Virus record (IMG/VR): IMGVR_UViG_3300042876_000347
Strand: one strand, 5' to 3'
Length of the DNA stretch: 20,000 bases
DNA from: an uncultured virus (IMG/VR IMGVR_UViG_3300042876_000347)
Lineage: Duplodnaviria; Heunggongvirae; Uroviricota; Caudoviricetes
Positions 7,607 to 15,083 of the stretch are shown here, piece after piece. Within the stretch, counting starts at the first letter, position 1. Each line of letters opens with the position of its first letter. The notes under the pieces were generated by a model that was not told the DNA's origin, ran no database searches, and worked only from the letters and a program-made list of their open reading frames with translations. A program made the translations under genes and the position numbers.

Positions 7607-8668
7607 TTAGGCGAAGCCCCAGAGAACTCGCATGAGCCTAGGAGCCTGACAGGTGAAGTTACCCGCAAACTTGTAGTGGCCCACGACCATGGAGTTGTCC
7701 TGCGCAGGAAGGAACCCAGTGAAGCCGAAGCCAAACAGGGAATCCGTCGAGAGGTAGAACCGGAGGTACTTGGTGTTGAGGAACCAGAGGGTCTCGCCAC
7801 TCAGGGCAGAGATGCCTAGCTTAGTGGACTCCATGGTGCTCACCGTGTCAGTACCCGGGGCGTATCGGTCCTGGAAGATCGTAGCGCCGTTGAACTTGAT
7901 ACCCTGGAAGCCAAAGTCGGCCGTGGTACCCTCGTAGCGCTGCTGTGCGTGGAAGGCGAGCTTGATCATGCTCATGCCCTTGTTCGTAGTGATAAGTAGA
8001 TCAGGGCTCTCAGTTCCATACACCACTGAGTTATACGCCTGCTCTAGGATGGGGTAGGAGAGTGAACCCGAGCTCTGGTCACCCGCCACGTAGCCCTCAG
8101 TCGAAAGAATCGGGCTGTTGATCGCCGAGCCGATGTTGCCGTCGTTACGCGTTAGCGTGAGGTAGGAAGCATAGGTCTCCGCGAAGGGGCCATTGTTGGA
8201 GCCATTCGAAAGGGCCTCAGCAAGACCATTGATGTACTTGGTCCGGTCACCTAGGGCCGTGCCCGTCTGGCCGTGCCGGAAGATGTCCGTTGCTAGCTTG
8301 GCGCTCATCGTGAGGGCCGCCGCCTGCATTAGCATGTCAACATAGTTGAACACTGCCTCAGGACCCGCCATCTCGATCTTGACCTTCTCCAGTAGCGCGG
8401 GCACTGGAACGTTGTAGTACCGAGGCGTGACTGTGCCTCCGGTGAAGATCTGCTGCTGCTTGATGTCGAAGCTCTCACCCGGAACGTAGGGCTGAACGTC
8501 AAGCATGCCATAGAGGAAGTTCTCCTGCCAGCTGGGGCCTCCAGCGTACTTCTGCAGGCAATTCCTCTTGATGTACGCCATAGTCGGACCGCTCTTGAAA
8601 ACTAGGTCCGTGACGCCGGGCACGATGGTCTTTCGAGCAATCGTGTTAACCGGATCAAGAAATGCCAT
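7607..8668 (-). CDS. Major capsid protein (HK97 fold)
   Basis: 353 aa with an AAAGGAG SD, following the scaffold. Motifs INGLAEAL, PDLLITT, FQGIKFNGATIFQDRYAP, LWFLNTKYLRFY and GNFTCQAPR resemble podovirus major capsid proteins. Confidence 0.85.
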   Translation of the reverse strand: MAFLDPVNTIARKTIVPGVTDLVFKSGPTMAYIKRNCLQKYAGGPSWQENFLYGMLDVQPYVPGESFDIKQQQIFTGGTVTPRYYNVPVPALLEKVKIEMAGPEAVFNYVDMLMQAAALTMSAKLATDIFRHGQTGTALGDRTKYINGLAEALSNGSNNGPFAETYASYLTLTRNDGNIGSAINSPILSTEGYVAGDQSSGSLSYPILEQAYNSVVYGTESPDLLITTNKGMSMIKLAFHAQQRYEGTTADFGFQGIKFNGATIFQDRYAPGTDTVSTMESTKLGISALSGETLWFLNTKYLRFYLSTDSLFGFGFTGFLPAQDNSMVVGHYKFAGNFTCQAPRLMRVLWGFA

Positions 8669-8697
8669 TTGTTAACTCTCCTTTAAAAAAGACCCCG

Positions 8698-9465
8698 TTA
8701 GAAGTTCCCTTCCACGAACTCTTTCATGGCTGCAGAAACTCGGTCCCCTGAGGAGGGTGCCTTGTTCGCTGCGTCATTTAGGGAGTTCAGGTAGGAAACC
8801 ACGTTAGCCGTAGGCTGAATATGATCGGGGCTGTTGGTCAGTGCTTGGCGTCGACCCTCTGCAATCCACTTCTGCTTCTCGTCTTCCTGCGCCTTTTCAT
8901 AGCGCTTTCGACGTTCGTCAGCCGTTAGGCTCTCATAAGCCCTGTAGGGTTCGATACCTTGCTGTAGTGATAGCCGAATGACCTCTCGGGGATCAACGTT
9001 AAAGCCATTCTTGATGGCGTCATGGGTAAAGGCTGCAACGTCCCCTAGCACACTAGGTAGCATCTTATCCAGTACGTCCACCTTGTTAACCTTAGCCCTG
9101 AGCTCCGCAAGATCCTGCGAAGAGATTCCGAGGTCAGTACCCGAAGCGGCGGGGGCATTTCCTGAACCTAGGGTCTCAAGCTGCGCTCGGAGTGCATCCC
9201 GTTCAGCAATGAGAGCCTCATTCTTGGGTGCCTCCTCCTCATACCACTTGGCTAGTTCCGCAGCATCGTCCTTGAGCTGGCGCTCCTGGGCGGTGATATC
9301 GTTTAGCCGAGTGTAGTAATCCTCAGTACGAAGGGAGCCTCGGAAGACATCCCGAGCGAACTCCGTCTGAGAAAAGGCCTTGAAAGCTTCTAGCTCTGCG
9401 CCCGCTAGCTTAGCTTCTCCAGCCTCAATCCACCTCTTGTACTGTTCGTCCTCTTTTCGCGACAT
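8698..9465 (-). CDS. Capsid scaffolding protein
   Basis: 255 aa, charged and helical/coiled-coil (LRTEDYYTRLNDITAQERQLK). Directly upstream of the major capsid gene. GGAGGT SD. Confidence 0.65.
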   Translation of the reverse strand: MSRKEDEQYKRWIEAGEAKLAGAELEAFKAFSQTEFARDVFRGSLRTEDYYTRLNDITAQERQLKDDAAELAKWYEEEAPKNEALIAERDALRAQLETLGSGNAPAASGTDLGISSQDLAELRAKVNKVDVLDKMLPSVLGDVAAFTHDAIKNGFNVDPREVIRLSLQQGIEPYRAYESLTADERRKRYEKAQEDEKQKWIAEGRRQALTNSPDHIQPTANVVSYLNSLNDAANKAPSSGDRVSAAMKEFVEGNF

Positions 9466-9495
9466 ATTCCTTCGTTACCTCCTGGGGTTTACGGC

Positions 9496-9807
9496 CTAGT
9501 AAGGGAACTTAGCGTTAGGACTTTCCAGCCCCTGCTTACCCTCGAAGGACGCTCCACCGGAAATTGCCTGCGCTAGGATCTCAGAAAGGCGAGTTTTGAT
9601 CTCATCAATCTCCTCGGCCTGATCCGGGATAATGCTAGCCAGTGAATCCAGAACAAACTGGATCTCATCAAAAACGTCTTTCAGCCCTCCGCCGCCGCCA
9701 GACGGGTTAGGCTTTTCAGACCGCGCCATGGCGCTAAGCCCCTGCGGGGTAGAGCCAGGAGGCGGACCTGACATCTTGCTCGTGCTAACGGGCGGCATGC
9801 TAGCCAT
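9496..9807 (-). CDS. Hypothetical protein (disordered N-terminus plus helical hairpin) between portal and scaffold
   Basis: 103 aa, tightly packed between its neighbours. Confidence 0.65.
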   Translation of the reverse strand: MASMPPVSTSKMSGPPPGSTPQGLSAMARSEKPNPSGGGGGLKDVFDEIQFVLDSLASIIPDQAEEIDEIKTRLSEILAQAISGGASFEGKQGLESPNAKFPY

Positions 9808-9812
9808 TTAAG

Positions 9813-9932
9813 TTACTTCCCCGTCTTGTTGTTCTGCGCAGGAGCAGGACTAGAATGCCCACCGCCCGGCTTAACAATCGCATCTTTGAAGGGGGAGTTC
9901 ACTAGGGTGCTGCCCTTCTTGGTTTCTGCCAT
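9813..9932 (-). CDS. 39-aa microprotein MAETKKGSTLVNSPFKDAIVKPGGGHSSPAPAQNNKTGK
   Basis: Below the ORF-track cutoff. AAAGGAG SD at 9944-9950. First ORF after the internal promoter. Shares FKDAIVKP with the ORF at 5179-5367. Confidence 0.75.
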   Translation of the reverse strand: MAETKKGSTLVNSPFKDAIVKPGGGHSSPAPAQNNKTGK

Positions 9933-9966
9933 TTCGTTATAGTCTCCTTTCGACGGAACTACTGTT

Positions 9967-9996
9967 ATAGTAAAGTCCTAAAGCCCTAGGTGTCAA
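9967..9996 (-). promoter_or_regulatory. Sigma70-type promoter for the capsid operon
   Basis: Minus-strand TTGACA (9996-9991, overlapping the portal stop), 18-nt spacer, TACTAT (9972-9967). Lies in the intergenic gap upstream of a strong SD. Confidence 0.65.
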
Positions 9997-12095
9997 GCAC
10001 TTTCGGAAACTACTGGACGGGTTCCGCCGTCCCGGGTTTCGAAGTGAGGAGCCACCGCGCCCGAAGGAGGTCTGCCCCCTGAGGCATTAGGACCTGGGGG
10101 AGCTGGAGGCCCACCGGCTGGGGCCGGTCCCATTTGTGGAGGGGTACCCCCTGGGGGCATCCCACCGCCCATCTGCTGCTGCGCCATCATCTGCATCATC
10201 ATTTGCTGCATTTGAATCTGCTGCATCTGAAGCTGCTGGAGCTGACTCTGTAGCTGAGCCTGCACTAACTCAGGCGTTGGCCCTTGCATAAGGCCCTGCT
10301 CCCGGGCTTTGACGATCCGCTCTGGCACAGTCTCCGCAGGGTAGGGGCCAATGTCGGGAACGTCAAACTGCGTCCAGACTGTCCAGGGATCCATGAGGTT
10401 CGACCTAAGTAGCTGTAGCATGAACATCTTCTGGGTAGTGTGGCTAACATTGAGCCAAGAGTTTGGCGCCACCTGGAAGGAGAAGAGCTTGTGGTGTTCC
10501 ATGGCGCGCTCCTGCCTAGTGCCCTCACCAGCAGGCACAAGGGTACCTGGGTCAAAGTCGAAGTCCTCCCGAGTAAGGCCATCCTTGCCGAGAAGTTCGA
10601 TCCTCCTGGGAGCGGAGTACCACTGGAAGAAGCCAACCTTTAGCATCTCAGCTAGCTCAGAAAGGGAGATTTCCATGTTCCTAGACCTTAGCCGTAGGAT
10701 TGGGCTGAGCGCCTCCATGAAGCGCTCCATGGTATCAGCTGATGGCATCTGGCCTAGCTGAGAGAGTTGCTGAACGCCGCGCATCCCTGAGGCGTCATCC
10801 ATGGCTACTTTGAGGTATTCGATCAGATTGTTATAGATGGTGAAGACCTGCGGGTCAGGACCATCAAGCACCTTGAAGGGCTCCCCCGCCGCTGGGTTGT
10901 AATGGAACTTCACACCAGCCTTCCGGGTGTCTAGCGCATCTAGGGCACTCTTAGGCATAGCTCGCTTGTCAGCTGCCACGCTCCTTCGTACCCACTGGTT
11001 GAGACCATCCTCCGCTCCTCGGAGTGCTTCGTTAAGGGCATCCTGGAGGGGAATGAGATCTCCCAGCACGCTGGCACCTAGGAGGGTCCAAGGGATGGGA
11101 TCCATGGTAAACCTGACCACAGGGAAGAGCCCGTGCCAGTGAGGGTTGGGGAGGTCCTTAAGGACTGCCTCAGGAGTAAAGATGATTAGCCGGCCCCTAG
11201 GGTAGAGTTTAGCCTCCTCCTTAGTGACCACCGTTCCATCTTCCCTGGTCCAGCCCATTGGGTAGACCGTGTAGGACCATTCGCCCTCACCTAGAGTGAT
11301 AGGCTTGTCGCCTAGGTTTAGGGTGTCATCCTTCATGTACGCACGCATCACATCTACGCCCGGTGGGTCCTGAACGTTCTTCTTGCCCTCTAGGACTTCC
11401 CACTGGGGGCTAACGATAGAGCCCATTCCTGAGGAGCTATCCGTCCTTGGGATTGGTGCCCAGGTGAGCTCCTTACCGAAGATCTTCGGTGCCTTAGAGG
11501 GGAACATGCGCTTGACAGTTTCCAGGGGCATCCGCTGCCGTAGGATCACCCCACGCCAGTCCTGAATACTATCAGAGTAGACCGGATCAATAGGAACCAC
11601 ATCTCGGGGGTCAAAGGGGATCAGCTCAAGATCACCTTGCCCACCCTGCAACTCCTTGTTGAAAGTCAGGAGACCATAACCTGTGCCCCCACACAGGGCG
11701 TACAAGAGAATGCTAACTAGCCTCTTATCCGCCTTGGTGTTCTTCCACCATGCTCTCGCAAGCTTGTTAAGCACATCGCCCTGCTTCTTAAACTCCTCGG
11801 CGTAGGTCTCGTAGTTCCAAATCGGCCGCACGTCCGTCAGCGTGGCACACGCTTCCATGGCGATCTTCCGCATCCGGTTGTCCACAATCCTGGAGATCGT
11901 CCTACTCTTCATCGAGTACTGCTTACCCTCAAGGTAAAGCATCGCCTGAGGCATCTGATCCCAGGCACGCTCCTTCTTGAGGAGAGTCATCCCTTCGCCA
12001 TGCTTGATTCTAAGCCAGCTGAGAAGGACCTTTTCCTGCTCATCGGCTGAAGCTACTTTAGCTGCAGCGTTGTCGTAGTTTGATAGTTCAGCCAC
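9993..12095 (-). CDS. Portal protein (P22-like) with a Q/M/P/G-rich C-terminal extension
   Basis: 700 aa between terminase and scaffold/capsid. Motifs VDNRMRKI, YALCGGTGYG, FDPRDVVPIDP, YPRGRLII, NPHWHGLFP, GDLIPLQDALN and DDASGM. GTG start with AAGGAG SD. Confidence 0.85.
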   Translation of the reverse strand: MAELSNYDNAAAKVASADEQEKVLLSWLRIKHGEGMTLLKKERAWDQMPQAMLYLEGKQYSMKSRTISRIVDNRMRKIAMEACATLTDVRPIWNYETYAEEFKKQGDVLNKLARAWWKNTKADKRLVSILLYALCGGTGYGLLTFNKELQGGQGDLELIPFDPRDVVPIDPVYSDSIQDWRGVILRQRMPLETVKRMFPSKAPKIFGKELTWAPIPRTDSSSGMGSIVSPQWEVLEGKKNVQDPPGVDVMRAYMKDDTLNLGDKPITLGEGEWSYTVYPMGWTREDGTVVTKEEAKLYPRGRLIIFTPEAVLKDLPNPHWHGLFPVVRFTMDPIPWTLLGASVLGDLIPLQDALNEALRGAEDGLNQWVRRSVAADKRAMPKSALDALDTRKAGVKFHYNPAAGEPFKVLDGPDPQVFTIYNNLIEYLKVAMDDASGMRGVQQLSQLGQMPSADTMERFMEALSPILRLRSRNMEISLSELAEMLKVGFFQWYSAPRRIELLGKDGLTREDFDFDPGTLVPAGEGTRQERAMEHHKLFSFQVAPNSWLNVSHTTQKMFMLQLLRSNLMDPWTVWTQFDVPDIGPYPAETVPERIVKAREQGLMQGPTPELVQAQLQSQLQQLQMQQIQMQQMMMQMMAQQQMGGGMPPGGTPPQMGPAPAGGPPAPPGPNASGGRPPSGAVAPHFETRDGGTRPVVSESA

Positions 12096-12104
12096 TTAAG
12101 CTCC

Positions 12105-12401
12105 TTAAACCCAGCAGTTCGGCATGCCTACGCCGTTGCCTTCTTTGTACTCCTGCTTGCCAGTGCGGTGGTTGTAGCCCACATATTCCTTGTTAATCCA
12201 AGCAGAGTCATCCCGCTTCACGCAGCCATGCTGTTGCATCAAGGCGCGCTCATGGGCTCTGGAGGTCACTTCGACTTCCTGGCCTGTGAACATCTTCGTA
12301 GTGAAGGGGTAAGACTTCTCGGTGACTAGGTGGCTAGAACCATGTGGGCAATAAGGCCAGTCGCCAATTTGGATTTCCTTATTGCAAGTGTCACACTGCA
12401 T
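12105..12401 (-). CDS. Small Zn-ribbon-like protein upstream of the portal
   Basis: 98 aa with CDTC...WPYCPH and VTSRAHERALMQQHG. Small Zn-ribbon genes are often seen directly before portal genes. Confidence 0.6.
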   Translation of the reverse strand: MQCDTCNKEIQIGDWPYCPHGSSHLVTEKSYPFTTKMFTGQEVEVTSRAHERALMQQHGCVKRDDSAWINKEYVGYNHRTGKQEYKEGNGVGMPNCWV

Positions 12402-12402
12402 T

Positions 12403-12669
12403 TTAAGTTCCTAGAATAGCTGCAACCTGATCCTTCACTGCATCAGTGGCTGCTCTGTACTTGTCTGCAATTACCTTAGCACGGACATCCTTAGTAGTAT
12501 TAAGGTAAGAGTTCACTGCTGAGCCTAGGATGTAGCTAGCATACTCATTCATGTCCACAAAGGGGAGACCTGTTACTGGGTTAACCTGCCCAGCTAGGAA
12601 GTTAGAAGTTAGCTCTGTGAGCTCTTTTGCACTTACGATTACTTCACCTTGGATTTTAGCCATTTTCAT
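12403..12669 (-). CDS. Small helical protein, possible fibre assembly chaperone
   Basis: 88 aa; the second ATG at 12663 fits the GGGGG SD better. Directly downstream of two fibre-like genes. Function is inferred from position only. Confidence 0.5.
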   Translation of the reverse strand: MKMAKIQGEVIVSAKELTELTSNFLAGQVNPVTGLPFVDMNEYASYILGSAVNSYLNTTKDVRAKVIADKYRAATDAVKDQVAAILGT

Positions 12670-12675
12670 CCCCCC

Positions 12676-13413
12676 TTATGGGATTGTCGCCATTGCGCGC
12701 CAAGCGTAGGTATCAGCAGCCGCTTTGGCACAAATTGAAATAGAGTCTGCCACTCCGGCGCCACCCGCGTCGTACCAGATGGCACCCCGGATACCGGCTG
12801 CGCAGGTGGGCTGGGTGCCACCATCCACGATACGAACCGCGCCCGGTTCACCTGTGCTGGACTTGTCGCCGCCCGAGAGTAGCAGGTTGCCACCATTGGC
12901 GATGCCGGATGTTCCCGCGCCGCCCTTGACGGTCAGGTCGCCGCCTGCGATGGTGGCCCCGGTACTGTCCGAGCCCTTGATCGTCTGGGCGGTGGCTGTG
13001 GCTGCGTCGACGCCGAGCTGGAGAGTGGCTGCGGTGTCTCGCACAAGAGATAGGTCAGCGGATGCTGTAGGGCCGGCCGTTGAAGACCACGAGAAGGCCG
13101 ATGCAGCGGGGAGACGAATGCCAGATAGGTGCAGATATCCCGAGATCGTTCCTGAGCCAATCCAGTAAAAGCCAGCACTGCTGGCGAGGGATATCCCGAC
13201 AGTGGGGTAAGTGCTAAAGGCGATGCTGGGAGCAGGCGCCGTCCCATCAGGAATCAGAATTGGCCCCGTCGTGAACGTAGTCGGCTTGGCGATGGTAACC
13301 TTAGTGTTGTCCTCAGTAATGCTTGGAGTCCCACCTGTGCCTCCGCCACCATACTGCGCGTTAGCGCCAGTTGCTACTAGAAGGAGGGAAAGTGTTAAGA
13401 AAAGCTTTTTCAT
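12676..13413 (-). CDS. Fibre/spike-like protein with a Sec signal peptide (paralog B)
   Basis: 245 aa. MKKLFLTLSLLLVATGANA|QYGGGG is a textbook n-h-c signal peptide with an A-x-A site. Fibre-type motifs PDGTAPAPSIAF, GGDLTVKGGAG and GGNLLLSGG. Two Cys near the C-terminus. TAAGGAG SD. Confidence 0.7.
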   Translation of the reverse strand: MKKLFLTLSLLLVATGANAQYGGGGTGGTPSITEDNTKVTIAKPTTFTTGPILIPDGTAPAPSIAFSTYPTVGISLASSAGFYWIGSGTISGYLHLSGIRLPAASAFSWSSTAGPTASADLSLVRDTAATLQLGVDAATATAQTIKGSDSTGATIAGGDLTVKGGAGTSGIANGGNLLLSGGDKSSTGEPGAVRIVDGGTQPTCAAGIRGAIWYDAGGAGVADSISICAKAAADTYAWRAMATIP

Positions 13414-13423
13414 CTTAGGCTCC

Positions 13424-14578
13424 TTACTGAGGCGTACAAGTTGCTGGAGTCATGATGTCCCAGCGAGATTCAGACTGTAGGGTGGTCTGCGTTAGGGAGG
13501 AAACTGCGTTGAAACTAATCGCAAAGGAGTCTGTAGTGTCAGAACAAGTCACCGCATAGGTAAGGGTACCAGAGTTAATCGCAGCTGCGTTAGCATCAGT
13601 CGTCTCGTTAACAGTAGTGTTCCCGGTAACTGTGGTGAGGCCACAAGTTGTAGTGCCAGCCTTGTTTACAGCTGCTACTCGAATGTCAGCGCAGCGTTCC
13701 TGCTGATCTGTAGCATCAGCTGCGTAGACACAGTACTTAAGGGTACCTCCAGTGTGGGCGCCTGCTGCGAGGGCGCAATCCCAGGCTGCAGTAGCGGAGG
13801 ACTCGGTGAGGGCCTTGGACTTGCTGCCTTGGATGGAGCGGGAGAGGTAGGCGTTGGCAAAGAGTTTTGCACTAGTACCCAAATCGACTACGTCAGAACT
13901 TTCCGGCTGGAAGATGCTCGTGTTGTAATACACACCAGCACCAGAATTGGTTCTGAGATAGACACCCTTTCCGTTAGGAGAATTCAGAACAAGGTAGTCT
14001 GCGGAGTCGATTGTGATTCCGCGAGCAGTACCAGAGCCGAGAGACTGAGTCTTGATGTTGAATGCTGCCCCTGCTGTCCCGTAGATGCTCAGCCGCTCAT
14101 AGTTCGCCCCATCCGTATACGTGTTGTACACGTTGAATGTCTGAGCATTCGTGCTATTGCGGAGGGCGAGAGTGTTGGCGGCGTCCCGCACAAGAGCCAC
14201 GTCAATCCCAGATACCGGATCTGTCGTAGGGCTGAAGCCGAGCGTACACGCCGCACAAACCCGAAGGTAACCACCAGCGATTCCCGTTGTTGCAACACCT
14301 CCAGTACGAAATACAATTGCCGTAGCCCCGGCAACCTTGTAGAACCCCAGCGTTGGGTCAGAAGTAAATCCCAAAGCTGGGGCAGCGAAGGTCCCATCCG
14401 GCAGCAGAATTGGCACCGTCGCTGTCAGGTTGCTCCCGTTCGCTGCGAGGCCGGGGATGTTACTCCCTGTCCCTCCCGAGTACTGCGCCTTAACCTCCGC
14501 CACTGGCAGAGTTAGCGCTAGCAGGGAACCGACAAAAAGAAGGAAGCCTGAAAGCTTCCTCACAAGTTTATTAGGCAT
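13424..14578 (-). CDS. Fibre/spike-like protein with a Sec signal peptide (paralog A)
   Basis: 384 aa. MPNKLVRKLSGFLLFVGSLLALTLPVAEVKA|QYSGGT. Fibre-type motifs PDGTFAAPALGFTSDPTLGFY, LVRDAANTLALRNSTNAQTFNVYNTYTDGANYERL and DLGTSAKLFANAY. Eight Cys. Confidence 0.7.
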   Translation of the reverse strand: MPNKLVRKLSGFLLFVGSLLALTLPVAEVKAQYSGGTGSNIPGLAANGSNLTATVPILLPDGTFAAPALGFTSDPTLGFYKVAGATAIVFRTGGVATTGIAGGYLRVCAACTLGFSPTTDPVSGIDVALVRDAANTLALRNSTNAQTFNVYNTYTDGANYERLSIYGTAGAAFNIKTQSLGSGTARGITIDSADYLVLNSPNGKGVYLRTNSGAGVYYNTSIFQPESSDVVDLGTSAKLFANAYLSRSIQGSKSKALTESSATAAWDCALAAGAHTGGTLKYCVYAADATDQQERCADIRVAAVNKAGTTTCGLTTVTGNTTVNETTDANAAAINSGTLTYAVTCSDTTDSFAISFNAVSSLTQTTLQSESRWDIMTPATCTPQ

Positions 14579-14583
14579 CCCTA

Positions 14584-14892
14584 TTACTCCATCCCGTTAA
14601 CAACAAGATAATTAGTGGCTCCAACTGTGCCAATAGCATAAACCTCTGCAGGGTTACCGTTCCAGCCTTCCCCACTATAGAAGTCATAGCTCTGGCCAGG
14701 AACTAGCTCAATGTGAATGTTCGCTGAGGTAGTCACATCTGCGTTCCCAAGTAGGAGATTCGCTGTGCTCCCCGCTGAATTCTTCACCGTCATTCGCTTA
14801 GCAAACCTTCGGTCAGTAATCCCCAGTAGGTCAGCAATCGTTTTGGCTGTAGCCTGATGAGCTACGTTCGCGCCCCAAGCAACACAGGACAT
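14584..14892 (-). CDS. Small beta-sandwich protein, candidate head-spike base / vertex protein
   Basis: 102 aa. The strand pattern MTVKN..ANLLLG..DVT..IELVPGQSYDF..EVYAIG resembles small jelly-roll spike-base proteins. Directly upstream of the fibres; TAATG coupling to the previous gene. Confidence 0.45.
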   Translation of the reverse strand: MSCVAWGANVAHQATAKTIADLLGITDRRFAKRMTVKNSAGSTANLLLGNADVTTSANIHIELVPGQSYDFYSGEGWNGNPAEVYAIGTVGATNYLVVNGME

Positions 14893-15074
14893 TACTTATC
14901 CTCCCCTTCGAGCTCTTCCAGCTCTAGGTTAACCACCCCTGGTGCCCAGCCGCAGGGCTTGCTCCAGAGGCCATCATCCCGCTTCTCAACTTCGCTCTTC
15001 TCGTACTCCCTCCCCGTGTGCATCCCGAAGAGCCTACCCCCATGAACCTTCGTTACTTCCTCAACTAGCGCCAT
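14892..15074 (-). CDS. Small acidic hypothetical protein
   Basis: 60 aa with a strong TAGGAGGT SD. Its stop overlaps the next start. Confidence 0.65.
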   Translation of the reverse strand: MALVEEVTKVHGGRLFGMHTGREYEKSEVEKRDDGLWSKPCGWAPGVVNLELEELEGEDK

Positions 15075-15083
15075 TTAGACCTC

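Noticed and set aside
7600..7800. Programmed frameshift extension of the major capsid protein
   Set aside because: No clear slippery heptamer near the stop. The overlapping frame ends 7 nt past the capsid stop, and the next gene has its own strong SD.
12676..14578. Diversity-generating retroelement or invertible cassette acting on the fibre genes
   Set aside because: No reverse transcriptase or recombinase in the window, and I saw no near-identical TR/VR pair or flanking inverted sites. Similarity between the paralogs is at protein level only.
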